Numbered from the stretch's first letter, positions 10,124 through 23,943 are shown. The stretch is 64,000 nucleotides of DNA from an uncultured Spirochaetota bacterium (GCA_963734495.1 CAVTHK010000013.1:128001-192000), one strand, 5' to 3'. Numbers and translations: made by a program. The notes: generated from the letters alone by a model not told the origin.

Positions 10124-10792
10124 TCACGGGTCGGAATCGGCAAACGCCGAAATGCCGGGCGGCTCGAACCCGAACGCCCTGTGCAGCGAATGCCGCGCGA
10201 GATCGACGACGCCGGCCGCGGCGTCGAGGATCACCGAATCTGCCGAGGCCACTATCCCGCCGTAGCTCTTGAGAAAGTAGTCGGGCGACTCTGCGACTTC
10301 CACGCCGGCGGCAACCGGGAATCCCTGCAGCCTGAGCCGGAGCCCCGCGGCCATGTCTCCGGAAAAGGCCACCGGCGCGTCCACGTAGAGATCGACCCTT
10401 CCGGGTGCAGCGCAGCGGAGCGCGTCCAGAACGACGGAGATCGCGCGCTCGGTAGCGGGGCCCGTGCGGTAGCTTCCGTGTACCCCCGCCGCGTCCCGGA
10501 TCACCCCGTCGTCTGCGAGAAAGACCGGGACTCCCTTCAAATAACTTTCCACTATGATCAATACGTTGTACCAGTCCACACCGATTGCGAGGCCGGCTAC
10601 CGAGTCGAACGAGACGATCTTGGCCCGCCTCGCCCGCGCGACAGGCTCCGGCAAAACCCCTCGGAACAACAAGTTACGCTGTCTGGCGGTCAGCCGGTAG
10701 CGGTCGCCGACGATCTTGAGGGCGGCTTGTTCCGGGTAAATCCGCTCCCTGAGATACCGGTAATCGTCGATCGCTCTACTGAAATCGTTCAT
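10124..10792 (-). CDS. DUF434 family protein (NYN/PIN-like C-terminal domain)
   Basis: DYRYL..YP..AALKIVGDRYRL, VDWYNVLI, DDGVIRD, SADSVILD. Confidence 0.8.
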   Translation of the reverse strand: MNDFSRAIDDYRYLRERIYPEQAALKIVGDRYRLTARQRNLLFRGVLPEPVARARRAKIVSFDSVAGLAIGVDWYNVLIIVESYLKGVPVFLADDGVIRDAAGVHGSYRTGPATERAISVVLDALRCAAPGRVDLYVDAPVAFSGDMAAGLRLRLQGFPVAAGVEVAESPDYFLKSYGGIVASADSVILDAAAGVVDLARHSLHRAFGFEPPGISAFADSDP

Positions 10793-10860
10793 TGACCTTC
10801 TGGATATATTTGCCATTATATGCTATATAGAGAAACGGGCGGGGGTGGAGTGGACGATTA

Positions 10861-11469
10861 ATGGGGAAGGATAACAGGAAGGTCCGCATCTTCTCGGCTC
10901 TTGAAGTAGCGAACATCTGCGGCGTCGTCAACCAGACGGCAATCAACTGGATCAAGAGCGGATACCTCAAGGCGTTCACGACTCCCGGCGGCCAGTACCG
11001 CGTATACTCCGATGATCTCTACAGGTTCCTCGTCGAACGCGGCATGAGAATCCCGTCGGAAGTGGAGGACATCGTCAACGACGAGCGGCGGGCGAGGAGG
11101 CTGCTCATCGTGGACGACGACGCCGAGCTGAACAACCTGCTGAGGAAGTTCCTCGCCCGCTCGATGCCGGATTACGACGTCTGCCAGGCGTTCGACGGGT
11201 TCGAGGCCGGGAAGCTGCTGGCGGAAAGCAAGCCCGGAGTGGTCATCCTCGACATCAACCTTCCGGGCGTCAACGGCCACCGCCTCTGCCAGACCATGAA
11301 GAGCGATCCGACGCTCGGGAATCCCATCGTCGTGGCCATCTCGGGTCTCTCGGACCCGGACACAGAGGCGGCCATATTGAAGGAAGGTGCGGATTCGTTC
11401 CTCGCGAAGCCGCTCGACCTCGAGGAGCTCGCGGCCAGGGTCCGGGAGCTCGCGGCGGCAAGGGCGTAG
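10861..11469 (+). CDS. response regulator with N-terminal excisionase/MerR-like HTH
   Basis: EVANICGV..TAINWI..GYLKAFTTPGGQYRV followed by REC domain (IVDDD, LDINLPG, FLAKP). Confidence 0.88.
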   Translation: MGKDNRKVRIFSALEVANICGVVNQTAINWIKSGYLKAFTTPGGQYRVYSDDLYRFLVERGMRIPSEVEDIVNDERRARRLLIVDDDAELNNLLRKFLARSMPDYDVCQAFDGFEAGKLLAESKPGVVILDINLPGVNGHRLCQTMKSDPTLGNPIVVAISGLSDPDTEAAILKEGADSFLAKPLDLEELAARVRELAAARA

Positions 11470-11477
11470 GTGCGAAG

Positions 11478-11843
11478 ATGGCCGGCGCCACGGTCTTGAT
11501 CGTCGAAGACGAAGACGGGATCAGGCTCAGCCTGCGGGACTACCTGCGGAAAAAGGGCTATCAGGTGCTGGTGGCTTCCGAAGGGGTGGGCGCCATCAAG
11601 CAGCTGCTCGACAACAATATCGACGTGATCGTCACGGACTACCGGATGGAGCTCCTCGGAGGCGACTACTGGCTCCGGTTTCTCGAGCGATTCTGCGGGC
11701 CGCAGGAAGTCATCCTCACGAGCGGGTTCCTCAAGTCGGACCGCCTTCTCCCCTACCCCGTCATCTACAAGCCCTACGACTATGGCGATCTCGTCAAGCT
11801 GATCGAACAGAGGCTGACGGAGAAAAAGGCGCGTGGCGGCTGA
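11478..11843 (+). CDS. single-domain response regulator
   Basis: VLIVEDE, VTDYRM, YKP receiver motifs. Confidence 0.85.
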   Translation: MAGATVLIVEDEDGIRLSLRDYLRKKGYQVLVASEGVGAIKQLLDNNIDVIVTDYRMELLGGDYWLRFLERFCGPQEVILTSGFLKSDRLLPYPVIYKPYDYGDLVKLIEQRLTEKKARGG

Positions 11844-12118
11844 AACCCGCGGCCTGTACGCGCGTGTCCACGGCATCGTTCAGGGGGTGGGGTTCCGCTA
11901 CGCGGCCATCAGCCACGGCGCGCGCGCTGCGCCTCTCCGGCTACGTCAGGAACATGCCCGATGGCAGCGTCGAAGTGCTGGCCGAGGGTCCGCCCGATGC
12001 GCTCTCCCGGATGCTCACCTGGCTGAACCGGGGCCCCACGGGGGCCCGAGTGACCGCGGTCGACCACCGCTATGTGCCGGCGCAGGGCACCTACCGCGGC
12101 TTCGACGTCGAATGGTGA
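11833..12118 (+). CDS. acyP: acylphosphatase (frameshift near 11915)
   Basis: VQGVGFR, then GYVRNMPDGSVEVLAEG in the other frame. Confidence 0.88.
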
Positions 12119-12145
12119 AAGCGGGCGCTGCCTCGGAGGCGCCGC

Positions 12146-12175
12146 AAACGAAAAGGGCCGGCTGCCGCCGGCCCT
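12146..12175 (-). terminator. rho-independent terminator of eno
   Basis: Minus strand AGGGCCGGC-GGCA-GCCGGCCCT followed by TTTCGTTT. Confidence 0.75.
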
Positions 12176-12199
12176 CGTGTTCCCTGTGACCGGATGCGC

Positions 12200-13822
<1,623 letters not shown>

Positions 13823-13845
13823 TCAGACAAAGTGGACGGTCTGCC

Positions 13846-14769
13846 ATGAATTGGGAGTTCACCCCTGAGCTCGTCGACCAGGTCATCTATTCGATGGAAA
13901 ACCAGGAGGAGTCTTTTCTGCTGGACTTCGAGACTGGGGACATCCTCCAGGCCGACCAGGTCACCGACTCAGGCAACGACAACCGGTGGTACGAGCTGCC
14001 CGTATGGCGCTCCAACGAGGGCTTCCAGCTCATGGAGCGCTTTGTGGCGGGCCTTCGCAATCCCATAGTCCGCGACGAGCTGCGCGGCGCGCTCTCGGCG
14101 GGCAAAGGGGTCTTCCGACAGTTCAAGAACGCGCTCAAGAGCCGCCAGGAGGTGGAGAAGGTCTGGCACCGCTTCAAAGAGCGCGAGATGAAGAAGGTCG
14201 TCTACGACTGGTTCAACCAGATCCTCGAAGTGCAGGGCCTCGCGCGGCTGGAGCTGCCGGCGGACGAGCCGACGGACGAGCTGATCCTTTCCGATTTCGC
14301 CCTTCGCGAGGGTCCGGGCAGCCATGAGCAGGCCATCCTCGCGCTGGACCGCGAGGCGTTCGCCATGGCGTTTCCCCAGGCCGACCCGTCACGGCTTCCC
14401 GCCGTCTACGAGCGGCGCAGGAAGGTGCTGCCTCCGCTAAGCGAGGGGGTGGTCATCCACGCGGAGGCCCCTTCGGGCGAGTTCGCGGGCTTTGTCTGGG
14501 GCGTGAAGCTCCGCGACGAGATCACCGAGGACATGGTCGTCGAGCTCGTTCAGATCGCCGTCGCCGAAGAGTTCCGAGGCCTGGGGCTCGGCAGATCGCT
14601 CTTCCGCGGGTTCATCGCCGCATCCGAAGCCGCGGGCGCCGCCCGCGCCACCATGCGTCTCGAGGGAAGGCAGCTCGCGATCTCCGGGCTCCTCGAGCGC
14701 GAGGGCTTTGTCGTCACCGCTCACACAATGGAGATCGATTTGAACCGCTGGCAGTCGGAAGACGCGTGA
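13846..14769 (+). CDS. UPF0158-like domain fused to GNAT acetyltransferase
   Basis: GFQLMERFV..LRGALSAGKGVFRQFKNAL (UPF0158-like); AVAEEFRGLGLGRSL acetyl-CoA motif. Confidence 0.75.
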   Translation: MNWEFTPELVDQVIYSMENQEESFLLDFETGDILQADQVTDSGNDNRWYELPVWRSNEGFQLMERFVAGLRNPIVRDELRGALSAGKGVFRQFKNALKSRQEVEKVWHRFKEREMKKVVYDWFNQILEVQGLARLELPADEPTDELILSDFALREGPGSHEQAILALDREAFAMAFPQADPSRLPAVYERRRKVLPPLSEGVVIHAEAPSGEFAGFVWGVKLRDEITEDMVVELVQIAVAEEFRGLGLGRSLFRGFIAASEAAGAARATMRLEGRQLAISGLLEREGFVVTAHTMEIDLNRWQSEDA

Positions 14770-14782
14770 TTCGGGACCGGCC

Positions 14783-15595
14783 TCAGAGACGCCGCGCCAG
14801 GATCGTTTCGGCGGCCTCGCAGAAGCCCGCGGCGGAGGCCGCCTTGGTGAGATAGCGAGGCAGGTGCCGCATGTCGTCCAGGTAGCGGGTCAGGTTGGCC
14901 ACCCCGATCGAGTATTCCATCCCTTCGAACATCGGCTCGTCGTTTGGTGAGTCGCCCACGAACAGCGACCGGGTCCTGGCTTCTGTCCAGTCGAGCCGGG
15001 ACCTCTCGCGGACGTAGAAGCGCGCGCAGGACACCTTGTCGAAGTCCCCATACCAGCAGTTCACGTGGATGCTCGAGATCTTCGCCGTGGCACCTTCTTC
15101 TCTGGCGATTTCCGCGATGCGCCTGACCTCATCCATGGGCAGCGGCTCCACGTCCTCGCAGAAGTCGATCGCGAGGTCCGCGATCCGGTAGGGCTGGTCG
15201 GCCGCGACCGCGCAGCCATGCACCTCGGCCAGGGCCCGCTCGCGCACGCGCGCGAGCCGCCTTCGGCCCTCTTCGCGTTCGGCCGGCGAGAGCAGGTAGC
15301 GGCGCTCCATCTTGCGCCGCTGCCGGTCGTAGGCAAAGAAGAAAGCCCCGTTCTCGCCCACCACGCCGTCCACCGGCCACATGCGGGCCAGGTGATCGCA
15401 CCACCCCGCGGGCCTGCCGGTCACGACGACGACCCGCACCCCGGCCTCGTGAAGACGCCATACCATCCCGTAGGACTCGGCCGGCAGCATGCCGTTCACC
15501 GTCAGGGTGTCGTCGAGATCGGTGAACAGGTAGACGAGCTTCCGGCACAGGTCTGCCGGGATGGCGTCGATGGGCTCGGGGCGGTGGTGTTGCAT
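14783..15595 (-). CDS. HAD-IIB family hydrolase
   Basis: FTDLDDTL, VTGR, GENGA, GDSPND motifs. Confidence 0.9.
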   Translation of the reverse strand: MQHHRPEPIDAIPADLCRKLVYLFTDLDDTLTVNGMLPAESYGMVWRLHEAGVRVVVVTGRPAGWCDHLARMWPVDGVVGENGAFFFAYDRQRRKMERRYLLSPAEREEGRRRLARVRERALAEVHGCAVAADQPYRIADLAIDFCEDVEPLPMDEVRRIAEIAREEGATAKISSIHVNCWYGDFDKVSCARFYVRERSRLDWTEARTRSLFVGDSPNDEPMFEGMEYSIGVANLTRYLDDMRHLPRYLTKAASAAGFCEAAETILARRL

Positions 15596-15777
15596 GGCGG
15601 CCCGCATCTTATGGCGAATCGAGAGTCGGGTAAAGCGGGGCCCGCGCCCCGGCCGCCCGCCGCGGCGGTCTGTGCGCCTTGACACGTCGGGCGGGCGAGG
15701 GCGGGCGAATCAACTTGGCAAATCGAACGACCTGCCCTATAGTGTGGTGCTGATCTGTATCTCCAAGGAGGAGAGTC

Positions 15778-17359
15778 ATGAAAAGGCTTTGCCTGCTACT
15801 TCTCTCGCTGAGCCTTGCCGGCGGCTGGCTCTTTGCCGGGCCGCAAGGCGAGAAGGCTTCGGCTGCCCCCGAGTTCATCGTGTGGAACGGCGCCGAGCCC
15901 AAGTCGCTCGACCCGCAGCTGATCACGGGCGTTCCCGAGCACCGGATCTACGGGGCCTTGTTCGAAGGGCTGCTGACGAACGACCCCAAGACCTGCGAAG
16001 GGATCCCCGGGCTCGCCGAGAGCTGGACCGTGAGCGACGACGGGCTGACCTGGACGTTCAAGCTGCGCCACACGACCTGGAGCGACGGCGTCCCCATCAC
16101 CGCCCAGACCGTGGTCAAGAGCTGGCTGCGCGAGCTCAATCCCGAGACCGCCGCGCAGTACGCCTGGTTCCCCGCCATGTTCATCAAGGGGGCCGCCGAC
16201 TACAACTCGAAAAAGGCGGGACCCGAAGCCGTGGCGATCAAGGCCGTCGACGACTACACGTTCCAGATGACGCTCGTCGGGCCGCTCCCCTACGTCCAGG
16301 GCGCGCTGGCCCACTACTCCTTCGCCGTCGTTCCGATCCACGCCATCGAGAAGTATGGCAAGGACTGGATCAAGCCCGAGAACTTCGTCTGCAACGGCCC
16401 CTTCAAGCTCGAGACCTGGAAACCGCAGGACAGGCTGACCGTCGTCCCGAACCCGAAGTACTGGGACCGCCAGAACGTCAAGCTCGGCCGCGTGGTCTTC
16501 CTGCCCGGTGACGACAACAACACCGCGTTCCGCATGTACGAGAACAAAGAGATCGACTGGCTCACGAACGTTCCCACCGACCAGATGGACGCCGTCAAGG
16601 GCCGGCCCGATTTCTACAACGTCCCTCGCCTGGGCTCCTACTACTACGTGTACAACACCGTAGAGGGCGCCGCTCACGGACGCACGCGTGCGCAAGGCGC
16701 TTTCGATGGCCATCGACCGCAAGCAGCTCGTCGAAAAGGTCTCCAAGGGCGGCGAGATCGCGGCGCTGTCGATCGTTCCTCCGATGGCCGGCTACGACGC
16801 CATCAAGGGCAACCCCGAGAGCGTCGAGAAGGCCAAGCAGCTGCTCGCCGACGCCGGCTTCCCCGGCGGCAAGGGCTTCCCCAAGCTCGCCATCCTGTAC
16901 AACACCCTCGAGGCGCACAAGAAGATCGGCGAGTACATCCAGCAGCAGTGGAAGGAGAACCTCGGCATCAACGTCGAGCTCGTCAACCAGGAATGGAAGA
17001 CGTACCTCGACACCCGCCGCGAGGGCAAGTTCGACATCGCGCGCGCGGGCTGGATCGGCGACTACCTCGATCCCGAACACCTTCCTCGACATGTGGGTGA
17101 CCGGCGGCGGCCAGAACGACGCCAAGTACGCCAACCCGAAGTACGACGAGCTCATCAAGAAGGCGGCGACGATGAAGGCCGGCAAGGATCGCTTTGCCGC
17201 GCTCACGGCCAGGCCGAGGAGCTCTTCATCACCCAGGACGAGGCCATCATGCCGATCTACTTCTACACCAACAAGGAAATGATCGACGGGAACAAGTGGG
17301 GCGGCTGGTACACCAACACGCTGGGCTATCACCCGGTCAAGTACATCTACAAGAAGTAA
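15778..17359 (+). CDS. oppA: oligopeptide ABC substrate-binding protein (several frameshifts)
   Basis: AEPKSLDP, LFEGL, WSDGVPITA, NGPFKL, RKALSMAIDR across frames. Confidence 0.9.
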
Positions 17360-17370
17360 CGATGAAGGCT

Positions 17371-17397
17371 GCCGCGAGGGGGTCCTCCCCCTCGCGG
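17371..17397 (+). other. intercistronic hairpin between oppA and oppB
   Basis: GCCGCGAGGGG-GTCCT-CCCCTCGCGGC 11-bp stem, no U-tract. Confidence 0.55.
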
Positions 17398-17415
17398 CGC
17401 GTCCTCGACCGTCCC

Positions 17416-18347
17416 ATGACGAAGTACATCGTCCGCCAGCTCGCGGGCCTGATACCGACGCTGCTCGATCATCGTCACCATCGGCTTCTTCATCGTGCGC
17501 ATCGCGCCCGGAGGCCCGTTCGACGCGGAACGCGCCCTCCCGGCCGAGATCCTGCGGAACGTGGAGGCGAAGTACCACCTCGACGAGCCCTGCTCGTGCA
17601 GTACGGCCGCTACATGCTCGACGTGCTTCGGGGCGATCTCGGTCCGTCCTACGTCTACCCGGACCACGACGTGAGCTTCTACATCGCCCAGAACCTGCCC
17701 AACTCCCTGCTGCTCGGCCTCGTCGCGATGCTGATCGTCGATCACCGCGGGCATCGGAACCGGGATGGTCTCCGCAACCAGGCAGAACACCGTCGGCGAC
17801 TACGCCTCGATGGCCGTCGCCGTCATCGGCATCTCGGTGCCCCTGTTCGTGATCGGGCCCGGTTCTCATGTACGTGTTCGCGCTCAAGCTGAAGTGGCTG
17901 CCCACCTCGGGGTGGATCAACGGCCGCCAGGGCCTGAAGACCCTGATCATGCCGGCGGTCACGCTGTCGCTGCCGCAGTTCGCCTACATCGCGCGCCTCA
18001 GCCGGGCGAGCATCCTCGAGGTGCTGCGCAGCGACTACGTCCGCACGGCCAGGGCCAAGGGGCTGTCGGCCCGCGCGGTCATGTTCCGGCACGTGCTCAA
18101 GGGCGCGCTGCTCCCGGTGGTGAGCTACCTCGGGCCCGCCTTCGCCGGCGTGCTCACCGGCAGCGTCGTCGTCGAGACGATCTTCAGGGTCCCCGGGCTG
18201 GGGATCTTCTTCGTCCAGTCGGCCTTCAACCGGGACTACACCCTGATCATGGGGACGGTCATCGTGTACTCCGTGATCCTGGTGGTCCTGAACTTCCTCG
18301 TCGACGTGGCCTATTCGCTGCTCGACCCGCGGATCTCGTACCAGTAG
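17416..18347 (+). CDS. oppB: oligopeptide ABC permease OppB (frameshifted)
   Basis: MTKYIVR, APGGPFD, DYVRTARAKGL, VVETIF, DPRI. Confidence 0.9.
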
Positions 18348-18360
18348 GGAGGCGAGCAGC

Positions 18361-19458
18361 GTGATCAAGACAGCGCCGAAGACGATCGCCAACGAGTTCG
18401 ACCAGCAGGTCCGCGGCGTCAGCCTCAGCCGCGACGCCTGGCGGCGCCTGCAAGAAGAACAAGATGGCCGTGGCCGGCGGCGTGATCGTGATCCTGTACG
18501 TCCTCGTCGCGCTCGCCGCCCCGCTGCTGCCGATCCACTCGTACACCAAGATCATCGTCGACCACCAGAACCTTCCGCCGTCGCTCACGAAGAACGCGGG
18601 CGAGCTGCTCTACGCCAAGACCGAAAAGCAGCTGCTGGCGGTCGCCGGGCGCCAGGGGCGCAGCGGCCTCAACGACCAGGAGCGGGCGCAGCTCGCCGCG
18701 CTGCGCGAGAAGATCCGCACGGAGACCGCCGTGATCAACGGCGAGGTCGTCAAGGTCCACGAGCGGCGCTACCCTCTCGGCACGGACTACCACGGCCGGG
18801 ACATGCTGGCGCGCATCATCTACGGGGGCCAGATCTCGATCGCCGTCGGCTTCGTGGGCACGGTGACCTCGGTGCTCATCGGCATCCTCGTCGGCGCCAT
18901 CGCCGGCTACACCGGCGGCAGCGTTCGACTACCTCATCACGCGGTTCGTCGACGTCATGTACGGGCTGCCGTACATGCTGCTGGTCATCATCTTCATGGC
19001 GATCTTCGGCCGCAGCATCGTCAACCTCTTCGTGGCGCTGTCGCTCGTGAGCTGGCTCACCGTCGCGCGCGTGGTGCGCGGCCAGATCATCTCGCTCAAG
19101 GCGAGCGAGTTCGTCGAGGCCGCCCGCTCGATCGGCGCGGGGACCGCCCGCATCATCCTCCGGCACCTGCTGCCCAACACGCTGGGCATCATCATCGTGT
19201 ATTCGACGCTGCGCGTCCCGAGCTTCATCATGCAGGAGGCCTTCCTCTCGTTCCTGGGCCTGGGGATCTCGGCGCCGCTCGCCTCGTGGGGAACGCTGGT
19301 GCGGGGACGCGATCGACGGGATGGATCTCTATCCCTGGCTCCTGTTCTTCCCTTCGCTCGCCATGACGATCTTCCTGTTCTCGATGAACTTCCTCGGCGA
19401 CGGCCTGCGGGACGCCTTCGATCCGCAGAGCAAGAACGAAACGGGCGGCGCCGCTAGT
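18361..19458 (+). CDS. oppC: oligopeptide ABC permease OppC (frameshifted; end approximate)
   Basis: [38 protein letters not shown]. Confidence 0.9.
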
Positions 19459-19483
19459 GGACGGCTGCCGCACGGGGAGCCGG

Positions 19484-20463
<980 letters not shown>

Positions 20464-20467
<4 letters not shown>

Positions 20468-21471
20468 GCTCGCAGACCGCTGCTCCAGGTTCGCAACCTC
20501 AAGCAGCATTTCCCGTGGAAGAAGGCCTGTCTGATCCGGCGGCGGGTCGGCTCGATCCGCGCCGTCGACGGCGTCAGCTTCGAAATCGCGCCCGGCGAGA
20601 CCCTCGGGCTCGTGGGGGAATCGGGCTGCGGCAAGTCGACCACCGCGCGCTCGATCGCCATGCTCCATCGCCCGACCGCGGGCGAGGTGCTGCTCGAAGG
20701 GCAGGGACCTCTGCGCGCATGTCGGCCGAGGACCTGCTCGCGGCCCGCAGGAACCTGCAGCTGATCTTCCAGGACCCGTACGCCTCGCTGAACCCGAGGA
20801 TGACCGTGGGCGCGATCATCGCCGAGCCGCTCGTCATCTACGCGCGGCGCGGCTTCCTCTCCGTGGACGCAGGCGAGATCAGGGAGCGCGTCGACCTGCT
20901 GATGGAGCGTGTCGGGCTGAACAGGCTGTTCCGCAACCGCTACCCGCACGAGTTCTCCGGGGGACAACGCCAGCGCATCGGCGTCGCCCGCGCCCTGGCG
21001 CTCGAGCCCAAGCTGATCCTGGCCGACGAGCCGGTGAGCGCGCTCGACGTTTCGATCCAGTCGCAGATCCTGAACCTGCTCGACGACCTGCAGCAGGAGA
21101 TGGGCCTCGCCTACCTGTTCATCGCGCACGACCTCGGCGTCATCGAGTACATCTCGCATCGCGTCGCCGTGATGTACCTCGGGCGGATCGTCGAGACGGC
21201 CGCTTCGACCGAGCTGTACCGCAAGCCCCTGCACCCCTACACGCAGGCGCTCCTCTCGGCGGTGCCGATCCCGGATCCCGCGGTGGAACGGAAACGACGG
21301 CGGATCATCCTGAGCGGCGACGTGCCGTCGCCCGACCGGGAGCGCACGGGCTGCTACTTCGTCGACAGGTGCCCGGTGCGGATGGACAAGTGCCGGGACC
21401 ACATCCCGCGGCTCAAGCCGATGGAGAACGGGCACGAGGTGGCGTGCTTCAAGTACTTCGAGCCGGACTGA
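20464..21471 (+). CDS. oppF: oligopeptide ABC ATPase OppF (frameshifted)
   Basis: [34 protein letters not shown]. Confidence 0.9.
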
Positions 21472-21504
21472 GACTCGACGAGGCGCCTGAGACGGCGGCT
21501 CGGG

Positions 21505-21981
21505 CTATTTTTCTATCGGGATGCCGCTGACCCGCGAGAGCTCGCTCGCGATCTCCCGCAGCCGCTCGCCCGCCGCGCCCCTGGCCATGTCGATCCGGCA
21601 GGGCTTGCCGTCCGCGAGCAGGAACGCCAGCGAAACCATCGCGCGGCCCGCCGACTGGCGGCTCTCGACCACCCGGAGGCACCTGGCCTGCGACAGGGTC
21701 CAGCGGCGCCGCCGCGCGAGCCCGATGATCCCGACGCTGTACTCGACGCCTTCGGGCGAGAACTGCCACCGTTCGTCGTAGAGCGCCGCGGCCAGGCTCC
21801 CGGCGAGCAGGACATAGGCGAGCGTGTTGGATCGATCGAACAGGTGCTCGGCCACGGAGGCGAGCGCCGCGATCAGCAGCGCCGCGATGAGCGCGAAGCC
21901 GATCCGGTAGACCGTCGATACGGAGTACTCCAGCCGGTCAGGACCGCGACGTTTGATGGTGAGCCAGCTTGCGCCGAACAT
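21505..21981 (-). CDS. hypothetical membrane protein (2 TM plus PH-like beta domain)
   Basis: 158 aa ORF following the rodZ-like gene; two hydrophobic segments. Confidence 0.6.
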   Translation of the reverse strand: MFGASWLTIKRRGPDRLEYSVSTVYRIGFALIAALLIAALASVAEHLFDRSNTLAYVLLAGSLAAALYDERWQFSPEGVEYSVGIIGLARRRRWTLSQARCLRVVESRQSAGRAMVSLAFLLADGKPCRIDMARGAAGERLREIASELSRVSGIPIEK

Positions 21982-21986
21982 GGCCG

Positions 21987-23249
21987 TCAGAATACCGAGC
22001 CGACCTCGAGCTGGTACCTGCCCGTGGCATCCTGCTTTGCCCAGCGGATGACCTTGGTCACGACCTGACCCGGGCGTCCCAGCGGAACCTCGCGGCCCTG
22101 AACGGTCAGCCGGACCGCGCCGGCGTTCGAGATCCAGAGGCGGATCTGGCGCTGGACGTTGTCCAGGACGAACGTCTCGCCCTTCTGGAAGAAGCGCTGG
22201 TCGCTCGCGGTGTCGTCCGACAGGTACCGGAAGAGCGTGCTCCCCCGGAAATCCGCGCTCACGGCGAACACGGACGGGGCGTCGGCGGTGAGAAGCACCT
22301 GCTTGTCCGCGTTGTCGGCCGCGGGCTGGATCGGCGCCGGCGGCGGCACCGGCGCTAGCGCCGGCGCTGGCGACGGCGGCGGCACCGGCGGCGGCACCGC
22401 AGGCTGCGCAACCGCGGCTGGCGCGGCGGCCGGCGCGGCGGCCGGCGCCCCCGCACCTGCCGCGGCGCCGGCGGCGGGAGCCCCGGCCGCCTGGCCGCCC
22501 GCCTGGGCCGCAGCGCCCGCGTCGGCCTTGGCGACAGCGGCGCCCGCGCCCTCGACGAGGCGCGTCAGGCCGAGGTTGACCCGCTTCTTCGCCTGGAGCA
22601 GGTCGATATCGTTGAAGACAATCTTCACGTCGGGCTTGGAATCCAGGTCGAGGTCAATAAAGCGATCCTCGCTGTAGTTGAGTCGCACCATGCCGCCGGG
22701 AACGGTCAAGTCGACGCGGTTGTCGCTCACGGTGGTGACTTCGATGCGGTAGCGCCGGCTGCCCATGACGACCGAGATGGAGTCCTTCTCGTTGAACCAT
22801 TGAGTGAGCGCGTCGCTCTGGAACACGACCTCTTCGCTGCCCCTGGGCTTCGGCGGCTCGACCGCCGCGCCCGTGGACGCGCTTCCGCGCGAGCTCACCA
22901 GCCATGCGAGGCCCCCGACGACGAGGGCGAGGACGACGACCCCGGCCGCGATGAGGAGCCTGACCGGGGGCGTGCGCCGGCTCGCCAGGAGCTCCACCAT
23001 GGGCAGCGGCTGCTCCTGGATCTTGATGTTGCGGTAGAGCGCTACGAGGTCGTCGCGCGGCAGACCGAGGTAGTCGGCGTAGTTGCGCAGGAACCCGATC
23101 AGGTAGGTCTCGCCGGGGAACGCCGCGAAGTCCTCCTGCTCGAGGGCTTCGATGTAGCGCCGCGAGATCCTGGTGTCGCGAGCGATCTGATCGACGGTGA
23201 TGTTCCGCTTTTCGCGGGCCGTCTTCAGCATCTCACCGAGCGACTCCAT
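21987..23249 (-). CDS. RodZ-like HTH membrane protein
   Basis: MESLGEMLKTARE, YIEALE, GFLRNYADYLGL HTH; one TM; Ala/Pro linker; SNAGAVRL..G..LGRPG C-terminal motif. Confidence 0.85.
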   Translation of the reverse strand: MESLGEMLKTAREKRNITVDQIARDTRISRRYIEALEQEDFAAFPGETYLIGFLRNYADYLGLPRDDLVALYRNIKIQEQPLPMVELLASRRTPPVRLLIAAGVVVLALVVGGLAWLVSSRGSASTGAAVEPPKPRGSEEVVFQSDALTQWFNEKDSISVVMGSRRYRIEVTTVSDNRVDLTVPGGMVRLNYSEDRFIDLDLDSKPDVKIVFNDIDLLQAKKRVNLGLTRLVEGAGAAVAKADAGAAAQAGGQAAGAPAAGAAAGAGAPAAAPAAAPAAVAQPAVPPPVPPPSPAPALAPVPPPAPIQPAADNADKQVLLTADAPSVFAVSADFRGSTLFRYLSDDTASDQRFFQKGETFVLDNVQRQIRLWISNAGAVRLTVQGREVPLGRPGQVVTKVIRWAKQDATGRYQLEVGSVF

Positions 23250-23251
23250 GG

Positions 23252-23932
23252 CTACTCCGTTTCGAAGAGGAAATTGCGGTACACGTTGGCGCTCGCCGGC
23301 GGATCGTAGTCGAAGCGGGCGTCGGGGATACCCTGGTTCAGCCGGACATTCTTGATGTCCATCACGAGCGTGCGCGCCCCCAGCGAGCCGGTGACCCTGC
23401 GGATCATCAGGTTCCTGTCGAAGGCGATCTCCAGCCTGCGGAACCCGTCCACGGCAAGGCTCTGGAACTTGAGCTTGGTCACCACCTCCCTCGAGCCGTC
23501 GTCGAGGGGCACGGGCTCGGGGCCGACGACGTACGCCGCGCTGTAGTGCGTCTTGAGGTAGGCCAGCTCGCGGCTCGAAGCCATCAGGGCGAGGCTCGCC
23601 TCGCTCCGCTTCTGCAGCTTCTGCTCCAGGACGTAGGAATACTTCGGGACGTAGACCAGCAGCGTCTCGCCGTTGGAGTCGAGCACCTGCTCGCGCGGCT
23701 TCGAGAAGTCGATGCGGATCTTGTTCGGGCTCTTGTAGGCGAGACGGCCGACCATCGAGTCCTGCTCGCCTTCGGTGGTGATCGTCACGTCGGCCTGGTA
23801 GTCGCGGATCCCGCTGAACTTCTTGGAAGCCCGGTCGAGAAAATCGGTTGGTGTGACGATGTCCTGCGTCGCGGCCGCGAGGGCCGCGAGTAAGAGCGTG
23901 ACCGCAGCGGACACGCGTAAAAAGCGCTTCAT
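23252..23932 (-). CDS. lolA: outer-membrane lipoprotein carrier LolA family protein
   Basis: Signal peptide; YKSPNKIRIDF..P..QVLDSNGETLLVY; IPDARFDYDPP. Confidence 0.85.
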   Translation of the reverse strand: MKRFLRVSAAVTLLLAALAAATQDIVTPTDFLDRASKKFSGIRDYQADVTITTEGEQDSMVGRLAYKSPNKIRIDFSKPREQVLDSNGETLLVYVPKYSYVLEQKLQKRSEASLALMASSRELAYLKTHYSAAYVVGPEPVPLDDGSREVVTKLKFQSLAVDGFRRLEIAFDRNLMIRRVTGSLGARTLVMDIKNVRLNQGIPDARFDYDPPASANVYRNFLFETE

Positions 23933-23943
23933 GGCGACAAACC

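Noticed and set aside
10861-11050. Excisionase indicating a prophage or ICE
   Set aside because: The HTH is fused to a receiver domain, and no integrase, att site or phage genes are nearby.
22320-22550. Low-complexity GC-rich repeat
   Set aside because: It encodes the Ala/Pro linker of the RodZ-like protein.
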